The notes under the pieces are model-generated. The model did no database searches. It was not told where the DNA came from and saw nothing but the letters and a program-made list of their open reading frames with translations. The position numbers and the translations under genes were made by a program. From an uncultured Phycisphaerales bacterium (GTDB lineage: Bacteria > Planctomycetota > Phycisphaerae > Tepidisphaerales > Tepidisphaeraceae), in assembly GCA_963758525.1 (NCBI GenBank), contig CAVWVQ010000003.1, positions 4,736,001 through 4,800,000 of the forward strand: DNA of 64,000 nucleotides, in the 5' to 3' direction. Within the stretch, counting starts at the first letter, position 1. The number at the start of each line of letters is the position of its first letter. Shown piece after piece: positions 42,372-50,798 of this stretch.

Positions 42372-44942
42372 ATGATTCCGCATGCGATCGATCTCTCAGC
42401 CATGCCGTGGCGCTTTTGCGCCGTTCAACCGACGCAAGGGAACGTGCCGTCCGGCATAGCGCTGGATCAATGGATGCCGGCGAGCGTCCCCGGGACCGTC
42501 CACTACCAACTTCAACAAAACGGGAAAATTCCCGATCCCTGGTTCGGGCGAAACGAGCTGCAACTCCAATGGATCGACCAGCAGGACTGGGAGTGGAGCG
42601 CGACCTTCACGTCGGATGCCGCCAGCTGCCAGTGCGCGCGGCAGGAACTCATCTTTGACGGACTCGATACCGTCGCAACGGTTTTTCTCAACGGACGGCA
42701 AGTGGGCCGCAGCGCCAACATGTTCCGGCAGGTGGTCTGCGATGTGCGAGGCGCTCTGGAGTATGGAACAAATGAGCTGCGGGTGCTTCTGAAGAGCCCA
42801 ACCGCATTCGCCCAACAGGAATTCGAGCGCGGCGGTAGTCGCGTCCCGCTCGGCGATTTCCGCTGGCAAACCGGAGAAGTCCGCTCCACCGGCCGCGCCT
42901 GGATTCGCAAGGTGCAGTGTCACTTCGGATGGGATTGGGGCACCTATCTCGCGACGAGCAGCATCTGGCAGCCGGTCCGACTGGAGTGCGGCAACGGACC
43001 GCGACTGACTTCCGTCCAGATCGAGCAGAAACATGCCGGGCCCATCGGTGCTCCTTCTGAAGTGCGGCTCTTCGTCGTGGTCCGGTTTAATTCTCCCGCT
43101 GCTGCCAGCGGAAGGCTGCGTCTCAAATGTGACGGGCAGACCAGCGAGATTCATACGCACCTCGCTCAGGGGGAAGATTCGCAGAGCGTGTCCTTGTCCT
43201 TAGCGCATCCGCGCCTTTGGTGGCCGAACGGATCGGGTGAGGCGCATTTGTATCCGCTGGAAGTCGAGTGGAAAGATGCGAGTGGCGAGGTGCAGCATGC
43301 CACGCGGCGCATCGGCTTGCGCACCGTGGAACTGGTGCGAACGGCCGACCAGGCCCCCGACGGAGCGAAGGGTGAATCCTTCTTTTTTCAAATTAACGGC
43401 CGTCCGATTTACGCCAAAGGCGCCAATTGGATTCCGGCCGACCAATTCGTCGAGCGATGTACCCCCGACGTCTACCGCCATCTGCTGAGCAGCATGGTGG
43501 AAGCGAACATGAACATTGTTCGCGTCTGGGGCGGCGGATGGTACGAGCTGGACCTCTTCTATGATCTCTGTGACGAGCTCGGTCTGATGGTTTGGCAGGA
43601 CTTCATGATGGCCTGCGCACTCTACCCGGACACCGATTCCTTCCTTGAAGAACTCGCCGCCGAGGCGCGATATCAGGTGCGCCGGCTTCACTCGCATCCC
43701 TCCATCGTGCTTTGGTGCGGAGATAATGAAAACGCCACTGCCGTTTGGGAGTGGTGGCGGAGGACCGGCGAATTCGAGAAGAATGTCGCGATCTACACAA
43801 CGGTTATGTCCGTTCTGCGCAAGACGGTTCTCGCGGAAGAATCGACGCGTCCGTTCTGGCTCTCCAGCCCGTCCAATGACGAATTTGGCGAGAAGCCCGG
43901 CGATCCTGACCGGGGCGACGTGCATTATTGGGACGTGTGGCACAAACATCAGCCCTTCAGCAACTATCTAACGGTGAAGCCTCGCTTCGCCTCGGAGTTT
44001 GGCTTTCAGTCTTTCCCCGAACCGCGCACGATTCGCGCCGTCATTCCGTCGGGAGAACTCAACCCTTCGAGTCGCGTGATGGAGCATCATCAGCGATCTG
44101 CCGACGGCAACATGCTGATCACCAATACGATGGCCCGGGAAATGCGAATTGCAAAGGACTTCGATTCTTTCTGTCGGGTATCGCAAATCAACCAGGCCAT
44201 GGCGATCCGAACTGCCGTGGAGCACTGGCGGCGGCTCCGCCCCTGGTGCATGGGGACGATTTTCTGGCAGCTCAACGATCTTTGGCCTGTCGCCTCCTGG
44301 AGCTCGATCGACTACTACGGCCGCTGGAAGGTGCTGCAGCATTTCGCAGGCCGCTTCTACGCACCGTTGCTGGCGAGCCTGGTCGTGCATGGCGACCGCC
44401 TGGAGATTTGGGGCACGTCCGACCATCGTGAGTCCCTGGAGCTAAAGGGCGAACTGGAACTATTCACATGGGATGGCCGGCGCGTTGCACAGCGCAGTGT
44501 GGGCGGGGGGCTGCAGGCGGGAGAGAGCAGAAGGCTCGCAGAACTGCCACTGACGGAAGTGCTGAATGGACACGCCGAGTCACACGAAGTCTGTGCGTTT
44601 TTGCGCCTCGCGGGTGGCGAATTGACAGCGGAAAATTTTGCGACGCTGGTTCCCTGGAAGTGGGTGACGCTGCCGCGCCCGGCGATCCAAACCTCGCTTC
44701 AACAAAACGGAGATCAGCTGGAGCTGCGCGTGCAAAGTCAGCAGGTGATTCCCTTCTTCCACGCAGAGCTGGAGAACCTGGAAGGGCACTTCCACGGAGA
44801 CTGGCAGGTTCTGCGGCCCGGCTCACAGTACGTCATGCCGTGGGTGCCGCATGTTCATCGCGGGGGTGCGATGCCGACGCTCGAGGACGCCCGGAGCTTA
44901 CTCAGAATGCTCAGCCTATGGGATACATACGAGGACGAATGA
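42372..44942 (+). CDS. GH2 beta-mannosidase
   Basis: FDGLDT, FGWDWG, KGANWIP, RVWGGG, WCGDNE, FASEFGFQS, WQLNDLWP. Confidence 0.92.
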   Translation: MIPHAIDLSAMPWRFCAVQPTQGNVPSGIALDQWMPASVPGTVHYQLQQNGKIPDPWFGRNELQLQWIDQQDWEWSATFTSDAASCQCARQELIFDGLDTVATVFLNGRQVGRSANMFRQVVCDVRGALEYGTNELRVLLKSPTAFAQQEFERGGSRVPLGDFRWQTGEVRSTGRAWIRKVQCHFGWDWGTYLATSSIWQPVRLECGNGPRLTSVQIEQKHAGPIGAPSEVRLFVVVRFNSPAAASGRLRLKCDGQTSEIHTHLAQGEDSQSVSLSLAHPRLWWPNGSGEAHLYPLEVEWKDASGEVQHATRRIGLRTVELVRTADQAPDGAKGESFFFQINGRPIYAKGANWIPADQFVERCTPDVYRHLLSSMVEANMNIVRVWGGGWYELDLFYDLCDELGLMVWQDFMMACALYPDTDSFLEELAAEARYQVRRLHSHPSIVLWCGDNENATAVWEWWRRTGEFEKNVAIYTTVMSVLRKTVLAEESTRPFWLSSPSNDEFGEKPGDPDRGDVHYWDVWHKHQPFSNYLTVKPRFASEFGFQSFPEPRTIRAVIPSGELNPSSRVMEHHQRSADGNMLITNTMAREMRIAKDFDSFCRVSQINQAMAIRTAVEHWRRLRPWCMGTIFWQLNDLWPVASWSSIDYYGRWKVLQHFAGRFYAPLLASLVVHGDRLEIWGTSDHRESLELKGELELFTWDGRRVAQRSVGGGLQAGESRRLAELPLTEVLNGHAESHEVCAFLRLAGGELTAENFATLVPWKWVTLPRPAIQTSLQQNGDQLELRVQSQQVIPFFHAELENLEGHFHGDWQVLRPGSQYVMPWVPHVHRGGAMPTLEDARSLLRMLSLWDTYEDE

Positions 44943-46816
44943 ACTTCTCTCCACGACACGTCACAGCGTATTTGCTGCCTCTGTTTGTTGTAGCGACGGG
45001 TGCGCGGACTTCGCCCGGCGCGACTCCTTCGCCGGCATCGTGGCCGCCGGCCGATGGTGTGCCGCTCACGCAATGGGGAAAGGATGTGTCGCCCGACAAG
45101 CCGGTGATGCCGGAGTACCCGCGGCCGCAACTGGTTCGCGAACAATGGCTCAACCTGAACGGGAAGTGGGATTATGCGATCGGCGCGAAAGAGGCAGGGC
45201 AGCCGGCCGCGTACGACGGCAAAATCCTGGTGCCATTTCCAATCGAGTCGGTTCTCTCGCAAGTCAACAAGAGGATCGATGAAGCGAGCCGTCTGTGGTA
45301 TCGACGCACGTTCCAGATACCGGCCGCATGGGAGGGGCAGCGAATACTCTTGCACTTCGGCGCCGTCGATTGGGAAACCGCTGTCGTGATGAATGGCAAG
45401 AAGGTTGGCACGCACCGCGGCGGCTATGATGGGTTTAGTTTCGACATCACCGACGCGCTGGCAGCCGCGGGTCCCCAGGACTTAGTCGTCTCCGCGTGGA
45501 ATCCGATCGAAGGCGGCCAGCCCGGAGGGAAGCAGGCACGGAAACCCGAAGGAATCTTCTATACGCCTGCAACGGGTATCTGGCAGACGGTCTGGGTGGA
45601 ACCCGTCCCGTCGTCATACATCGAAAAACTCCGGATCGTTCCTGATGTCGACAGAGATCGGCTGATTCTCCAGGCCGATCTCGCTGGTTCCGCGGACGGA
45701 TTGCAAGTCGAAGCCGTTATCATGGCACGCGGCATGGAAATCGCGCACGGTGTCGGCAAACCTGGCGAATCGATCGCGATTCCGATCCCAAATGCGCGAC
45801 TGTGGTGGCCCGATGACCCGTTCCTCTACGACTTGCGGCTGACGCTGACGCGAGCAGGAAAGACCGTCGATTCCGTCGGCAGCTATTTCGGAATGCGCAA
45901 AATTGCGATTGGTCCGGATGACAAGGGCATCACCCGAATTCTTCTCAACAATCGCTTTGTGCTGCAGAACGGCTTGCTCGACCAGGGATTCTGGCCGGAT
46001 GGAATCTACACGGCTCCTTCGGACGATGCATTGCGATATGACATTGAGATCACGCGCAAGTTCGGCTTCAACATGAGCCGCAAGCACGTGAAGGTTGAGC
46101 CCGAACGATGGTACTACTGGGCAGACCGGCTCGGGCTTCTGGTATGGCAGGACATGCCGGGCGCCAGGCAATTGTGGTACGCGAAGGGGCCGGCAGCGAT
46201 TTCTGATCCGCAGACCCAGTTTCAGCAGGAGCTACGCGGGATGGTCGAAGGGCGGTTCAATCATCCCTCGATCGTTACGTGGGTTGTCTTTAACGAGGGG
46301 TGGGGCTTGGAAATGAGCCGGACGGATTCGCAGACCCCGAGCGACACGACTCGCGCATTCATGCAACGCATGATCGCTACGGTCCGCGCTTCAGACGCTA
46401 CCCGGCTCATTGACCCCGAGAGCGGCGCCGGCGGCGGTGCCTGGCAGGGAAAGAATCCGTGGGACGTCGGTTTGGGCGACGTGCTGGATTTTCATTGCTA
46501 CGGGAAGTCCAACGGTCCGATTCCTGAAAAACATCGGGCATCCGTGATCGGCGAATATGGTTGGGGTGTGTCGCCGGTGGCTTCGGTCGGGCGCGAGCTT
46601 CCCGAAGTGATCAATCCCGGCGTCAGCGCGCTGGTGCTTACTCAACTGACCGACGTCGAGAACGAGCGAAACGGAGCGGTCAACTATGATCGCACACCCA
46701 AGCCGAATGTTGCGATAGAGAAGTCAGGCGCGGACATGATCGCGCAGACCAGGCAATGGAGCGGTCCGGGAGCGACAACCCGGCCCGCTGCCGCCGCTCA
46801 GACTGAGCCGCGCTGA
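44939..46816 (+). CDS. Secreted GH2 family glycoside hydrolase (beta-galactosidase-like)
   Basis: EYPRPQL, LHFGAVDW, LDQGFWPDG, RKHVKVEP, WVVFNEGWG; ATGA overlap with upstream gene. Confidence 0.88.
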   Translation: MNFSPRHVTAYLLPLFVVATGARTSPGATPSPASWPPADGVPLTQWGKDVSPDKPVMPEYPRPQLVREQWLNLNGKWDYAIGAKEAGQPAAYDGKILVPFPIESVLSQVNKRIDEASRLWYRRTFQIPAAWEGQRILLHFGAVDWETAVVMNGKKVGTHRGGYDGFSFDITDALAAAGPQDLVVSAWNPIEGGQPGGKQARKPEGIFYTPATGIWQTVWVEPVPSSYIEKLRIVPDVDRDRLILQADLAGSADGLQVEAVIMARGMEIAHGVGKPGESIAIPIPNARLWWPDDPFLYDLRLTLTRAGKTVDSVGSYFGMRKIAIGPDDKGITRILLNNRFVLQNGLLDQGFWPDGIYTAPSDDALRYDIEITRKFGFNMSRKHVKVEPERWYYWADRLGLLVWQDMPGARQLWYAKGPAAISDPQTQFQQELRGMVEGRFNHPSIVTWVVFNEGWGLEMSRTDSQTPSDTTRAFMQRMIATVRASDATRLIDPESGAGGGAWQGKNPWDVGLGDVLDFHCYGKSNGPIPEKHRASVIGEYGWGVSPVASVGRELPEVINPGVSALVLTQLTDVENERNGAVNYDRTPKPNVAIEKSGADMIAQTRQWSGPGATTRPAAAAQTEPR

Positions 46817-46840
46817 CGCTGCCGCAGCGGATACCCGAGC

Positions 46841-47209
46841 ATGCAATCCACAAACCCCCACGCTGAGCTTCGCAACCGCCGCGTTCTGATACTCGGCGAC
46901 AGCATCACGCAAGAAGGCACGTACGTGACGTTCGTCGAGTACTATCTTGCGAGCCTCTTCCAGTTTGACCGCTTTGACATCGTCAGCATCGGGCTGTCGG
47001 GCGAAACCGTCTCCGGCCTGCCCGAGCGTCAACACGAGTTTCCCCGCCCGTGTGTGCACGATCGGCTGCAGCGGGCGCTCGAAAGGGTAAGGCCGCGGGT
47101 GGTGATGGCGTGCGATGGCATGAACGATGGGATCTATCACCCGCAGAGCCCGCAACGCATGAGGGCGCTTGAAGCCGGGATCCCCGCAGGCAGGGCCGCG
47201 GGGGTGTAA
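46841..47209 (+). pseudogene. 3'-truncated SGNH/GDSL hydrolase
   Basis: LILGDSIT block I, GLSGET block II, GMND block III; lacks the C-terminal DxxH; ends next to the att repeat. Confidence 0.7.
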
Positions 47210-47285
47210 GGCCACACTCCTATTCAAAGCCAGCAAGTATTCTGGCTTGCGCCAACAATTGCGCCAACAATTATTTCAGACCATC

Positions 47286-47335
47286 AAAAAACCCGCGAGA
47301 ATCGCGGGTTTGTGATACCCCCAAGGGGAGTCGAA
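47286..47335 (-). repeat. att-like direct repeat, copy 2: tRNA 3' end (tRNA-Glu-like) plus terminator
   Basis: Minus strand TTCGACTCCCCTTGGGGGTA (T-loop, T-stem 3' side, acceptor 3' side), then hairpin and T6; no 5' half of a tRNA adjacent. Confidence 0.85.
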
Positions 47336-47360
47336 GAAATCATCGCTTTCTGCTGAAAAA

Positions 47361-47633
47361 GTGCAAGTTTCTGAGGAGCGCGGCACAGAATCCGGCACAG
47401 TCGCAGAGACCCGCTCCACTTCGTCCGGCACAAGCCCGCCACGGAGCGATTCAGATCTGCAAGCTTTAGTCGACGCCTGGCCGACCCTTCTGCCTGGTGT
47501 TCGCGCTGGCATCGTGGCATTAGTAAAGGCAACTACTCCACCAATTCAGATCCAAGAGTCGGCGCAAGCAGGGGATCGGCAGCTCGATCCAGCGACATTG
47601 GAAGCCACTCTTACTAACGAGGTGCGATCATGA
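47361..47633 (+). CDS. Small hypothetical protein at island end
   Basis: DSDLQALVDAWPTLLPGVRAGIVALVKA; recalled as a motif common next to planctomycete att sites (unverified). Confidence 0.5.
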   Translation: MQVSEERGTESGTVAETRSTSSGTSPPRSDSDLQALVDAWPTLLPGVRAGIVALVKATTPPIQIQESAQAGDRQLDPATLEATLTNEVRS

Positions 47634-47998
47634 ACGAGCAACCCAAGCTCAAATATCATGGCAGCGTTCCTGCATGCTCGGCGGGAGCGAGCGCGTCACG
47701 TCCACGCGAGGTCTATCGCGCGATGATCGCGCACACCTGCCGCGAGAGCTCGTCGCGCGCCCGGAGCGACAGCGCGTCGCGCGGGCTCAGCGATCACACG
47801 CCGCAGGTGATCGAAGTGGACTTGGATCAGACCGGAGCACCGGTCTCGATGTGGGAAATCTCGCCGATCAGAGGTTCGCTTGCGCCTTGTCATGTCGAAG
47901 GTATCGCGAGATTCGCCCGGGACACCGACTCACAGCCACTCCATCTACTCACAGAGCCGGGCCCGGCAACCAAGAATCACAGAACAGGAGGGTGCGCC

Positions 47999-48502
47999 AT
48001 GATCCTCCAATTCGGCAAACATCGCGGCAAATCGGTCGAACGGGTTGTACTGTACGAGCCCGATTATGCCCTTTGGGCGTTGGGCCAGGAAGCTACGTCC
48101 GTTGGCTTCGACGAGCTACAGGATGAGATTCGCAGGCTGATCCGTGACTTTGACAACAAGCCCTTTACCCAAGTATGTATGGGCGATGATTGCGAGAACA
48201 CAGCGACGCGCGGCACGACCTACGACGGCAGCAACAGCCTGTTCTGGTGGTGCGACGAGTGCAGCCCAACACAACTAGGTGCCAGTCCGGACAAACTTCG
48301 TGTCGTTCGGACATACTTCGATGTAGCGACGTATCGCAGTTCGCGCCGCAACACGATACCGGCTTACTGGAGCCGGAGAGTACTGGCAATGGCGCGGGCC
48401 AAGGGCTTGCCCGAGGGGCCTTCTTCACCGTTTGAACGGACTCGATCGCGTCCGGATGGTAAGCCGCTTCCGAACTTCCGTTTGAACGTAACCGCCGAGT
48501 GA
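47999..48502 (+). CDS. Hypothetical protein with FGKHRG motif and Cys pairs (ORF open from 47630)
   Basis: MILQFGKHRGKSVERVVLYEPDYALWAL preceded by an AGGAGG RBS; CMGDDC..CDEC. Confidence 0.5.
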   Translation: MILQFGKHRGKSVERVVLYEPDYALWALGQEATSVGFDELQDEIRRLIRDFDNKPFTQVCMGDDCENTATRGTTYDGSNSLFWWCDECSPTQLGASPDKLRVVRTYFDVATYRSSRRNTIPAYWSRRVLAMARAKGLPEGPSSPFERTRSRPDGKPLPNFRLNVTAE

Positions 48503-48660
48503 AACTTCACTTAAATAGGAATTGTCCGGAATTTCCGTTTGGTTCCGTTTGTTCCGAGCGGGCCGTGAAACGGAAGAAACGGAAGTAAACGGAGATCGTG
48601 GCGATTTCCGTTTTATATGCTGTATTTCCAATTACTTACGATTAAACGGAAGAACGGAAG
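48475..48660. repeat. Cluster of TTCCGTTT/AAACGGAA short repeats with an AT-rich segment
   Basis: About nine exact or near copies in both orientations within ~190 bp. Confidence 0.7.
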
Positions 48661-49148
48661 TGGCTTGCCAGCAGACAGGGGCGGCAGATGTGTTCAAAAG
48701 CGCGGGTACGCCGATCGTGCCGTATCTGATCAGCGAAGCGTTTGGCGCGGTAACGAGCTGCGCACCGGATTAGGCTGTGGAGGTCATACTACCCCGGGCC
48801 GGCAATTCCTTTCTCAATTGACTAGACGGGCTTTTTCGCCAGTGCAATGCTGGGATTCGACCAGCGAATCGCCGAACTCCGCGCAGTGATTGTTCCTCCG
48901 TCGCCGCTCACTTCGTCGCACAGCCCAAGCTCGCCAAATAGCACACATGGCAAAACAGATCACCGTCCCACTGCTCACCCTTCAGTACACTCTCCACCAC
49001 CCTGAGATGTCAGGCGCGAGAATGTTCGCGAGAAGCGTTTTCTGATTCGCGTCCAACCAAGTGACCGCCGCTCTGTTTGCGCCGGACGGTTTCTTACGGT
49101 ACTATCGGGGTCAGATAGCATGGTGCGGAACAAGTGCTGGGAGACCAA

Positions 49149-50243
49149 ATGGCTACAGAAGATATTGAAGAGCGTCTGTTCGATGTTCTTGAAGGGATTG
49201 ATGACTCCGCAGAGGCAGAAGATCAGGAGGCACCATCTCACGTCCGCTACTCCATCAAGAGCTACGGCGCGGATTATCCTGTTGACGCACTAGTGAAAAG
49301 ACTTACCGCTGACAGCATTGTAATTCCACAGTTTCAGCGTGGATACGTATGGACATTGCCGCAGGCTTCGCGTTTTGTTGAATCTCTGCTTCTTGGGCTT
49401 CCCGTCCCTGCTATCTTTTTGTCTCGCGATCCGATCACGCAAAAGTTGCTGGTGATCGACGGCCAACAGCGTCTCCAGTCCCTCAGGTACTTCTATGAGG
49501 GACTATTTCGCGGGCGGGAGTTCGGCCTTAAGGGCGTGCAAGTGGAATTTGAGGGATTGACGTACAAGTCATTATCGCCGGAGGATAAGCGACGTCTCGA
49601 TGACGGAATACTGCATGCGATTGTCGTCAACCAAGAGGATCCGCAAAATGACCAGAGCGGACTGTATAACCTGTTTGAACGGATCAATACCGGCGGCACC
49701 CCATTGCATCCACAAGAAATCAGAACTTGCATTTACCCTGGGCCGCTGATCGAACTCCTGAAGGATCTTGCGGGCGATTCGAGCTGGCGCGAATTGTATG
49801 GTGCGGCAAGTTCCCGCGGAAAGGATCAGGAGCTTATCCTTCGCTTTTTCGCGCTGTACTTTGACTTGCAGAGCTACGAACGACCTCTCAAGCAATTCTT
49901 GAATAATTTTCTTAGTAAAAACAGGTCCTACAAGTTCCTTCCCGAAGCCAAAATGCGCACCGCGTTTAAGCATTCCGTGTCGTTTGCAACAAGCAATCTG
50001 GGGCCAAAGGCGTTTCGACCCGTCCGCAATCTGAACTCAGCGCTGATGGAGGCCCTGTTGATCGGAACAGGAAAGAGGTTGGAGAACGGCCCCATTCAAA
50101 ACGTTGACTCATATAGAAAGGCATATGAGAAACTCATGGCGGATCAGAAATTCATCGATTCGTTCAACGGAGCAACTACGGACGTCGAAAGATTGAAGTT
50201 CAGAATCGGTTCTGCGACCCAAGCATTCTCCCAGGTACCTTGA
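49149..50243 (+). CDS. DUF262 (GmrSD N-terminal/ParB-like) domain protein
   Basis: PQFQRGYVW, ESLLLGLPVPAI, VIDGQQRL, FERINTGG. Confidence 0.92.
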   Translation: MATEDIEERLFDVLEGIDDSAEAEDQEAPSHVRYSIKSYGADYPVDALVKRLTADSIVIPQFQRGYVWTLPQASRFVESLLLGLPVPAIFLSRDPITQKLLVIDGQQRLQSLRYFYEGLFRGREFGLKGVQVEFEGLTYKSLSPEDKRRLDDGILHAIVVNQEDPQNDQSGLYNLFERINTGGTPLHPQEIRTCIYPGPLIELLKDLAGDSSWRELYGAASSRGKDQELILRFFALYFDLQSYERPLKQFLNNFLSKNRSYKFLPEAKMRTAFKHSVSFATSNLGPKAFRPVRNLNSALMEALLIGTGKRLENGPIQNVDSYRKAYEKLMADQKFIDSFNGATTDVERLKFRIGSATQAFSQVP

Positions 50244-50244
50244 G

Positions 50245-50700
50245 ATGGCCGACAAGACGAGGCACCTGAAGGCGCGAATCGACCGGCTCTTCGTATTGGC
50301 AGATAAGTGCGAAAGCTACGAAGTCAAAGCTGAGTTGGCATGCTTTGCTGCCGTCCTATGCTCGGGGTTGATTGAGTCGAGTTGCCGCCAACTACTGCTT
50401 TCTTATACACATAAAAGAGCAGCGAGGCAGGTACTAGCATATGTGGAGAGCAACCTTCATTTCTTCCAAAATCCTAAATACTCAAAGATTGAGGAGTTGC
50501 TGCGGACGTTCGATCCAAAGATTGCAGAGGCATTTGTGAGTGAGACAACGGAGGCTGAAGTTGCCGCAATCGATAGTGTGGTGAATAACAAGAACAATCT
50601 GGCTCATGGTGAGAATCCAGGGCTTGGGCTGGAGGTGATGAAGGACTATTATCGCCTTGTGGTCTCGTCGCTGGAAAAGCTTGCAAAAGCTTCGAATTGA
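50245..50700 (+). CDS. HEPN-domain protein (RiboL-PSP/MAE_28990-like)
   Basis: SGLIE..; FQNPKYSKIEELL; NKNNLAHG near the C-terminus; starts 1 nt after DUF262 gene. Confidence 0.75.
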   Translation: MADKTRHLKARIDRLFVLADKCESYEVKAELACFAAVLCSGLIESSCRQLLLSYTHKRAARQVLAYVESNLHFFQNPKYSKIEELLRTFDPKIAEAFVSETTEAEVAAIDSVVNNKNNLAHGENPGLGLEVMKDYYRLVVSSLEKLAKASN

Positions 50701-50798
50701 TCGACAATTTGTATCGGGCAATTCTGCTTGGGCACGCTCCCACTCTTGGTATTCTCCGTGTGGAGCCGCTCCCCGAAACAGCTCAGGTCGACACCATA

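Larger units (their letters stand above)
23448..47285. mobile_element. Putative tRNA-targeted genomic island carrying carbohydrate genes; no integrase visible
   Basis: Flanked by 47-bp direct repeats containing a tRNA 3' end; truncated genes at both ends. Confidence 0.6.

Noticed and set aside
44468..44938. N-terminal extension of the second GH2 ORF
   Set aside because: Overlaps the mannosidase gene; the true start with a signal peptide is at 44939
47316..47335. Intact tRNA gene
   Set aside because: Only the T-loop to discriminator portion is present, with no D or anticodon arm; treated as an att remnant
48475..48660. CRISPR array
   Set aside because: Units are ~8 bp, in mixed orientation, without regular spacers; no cas genes in the window
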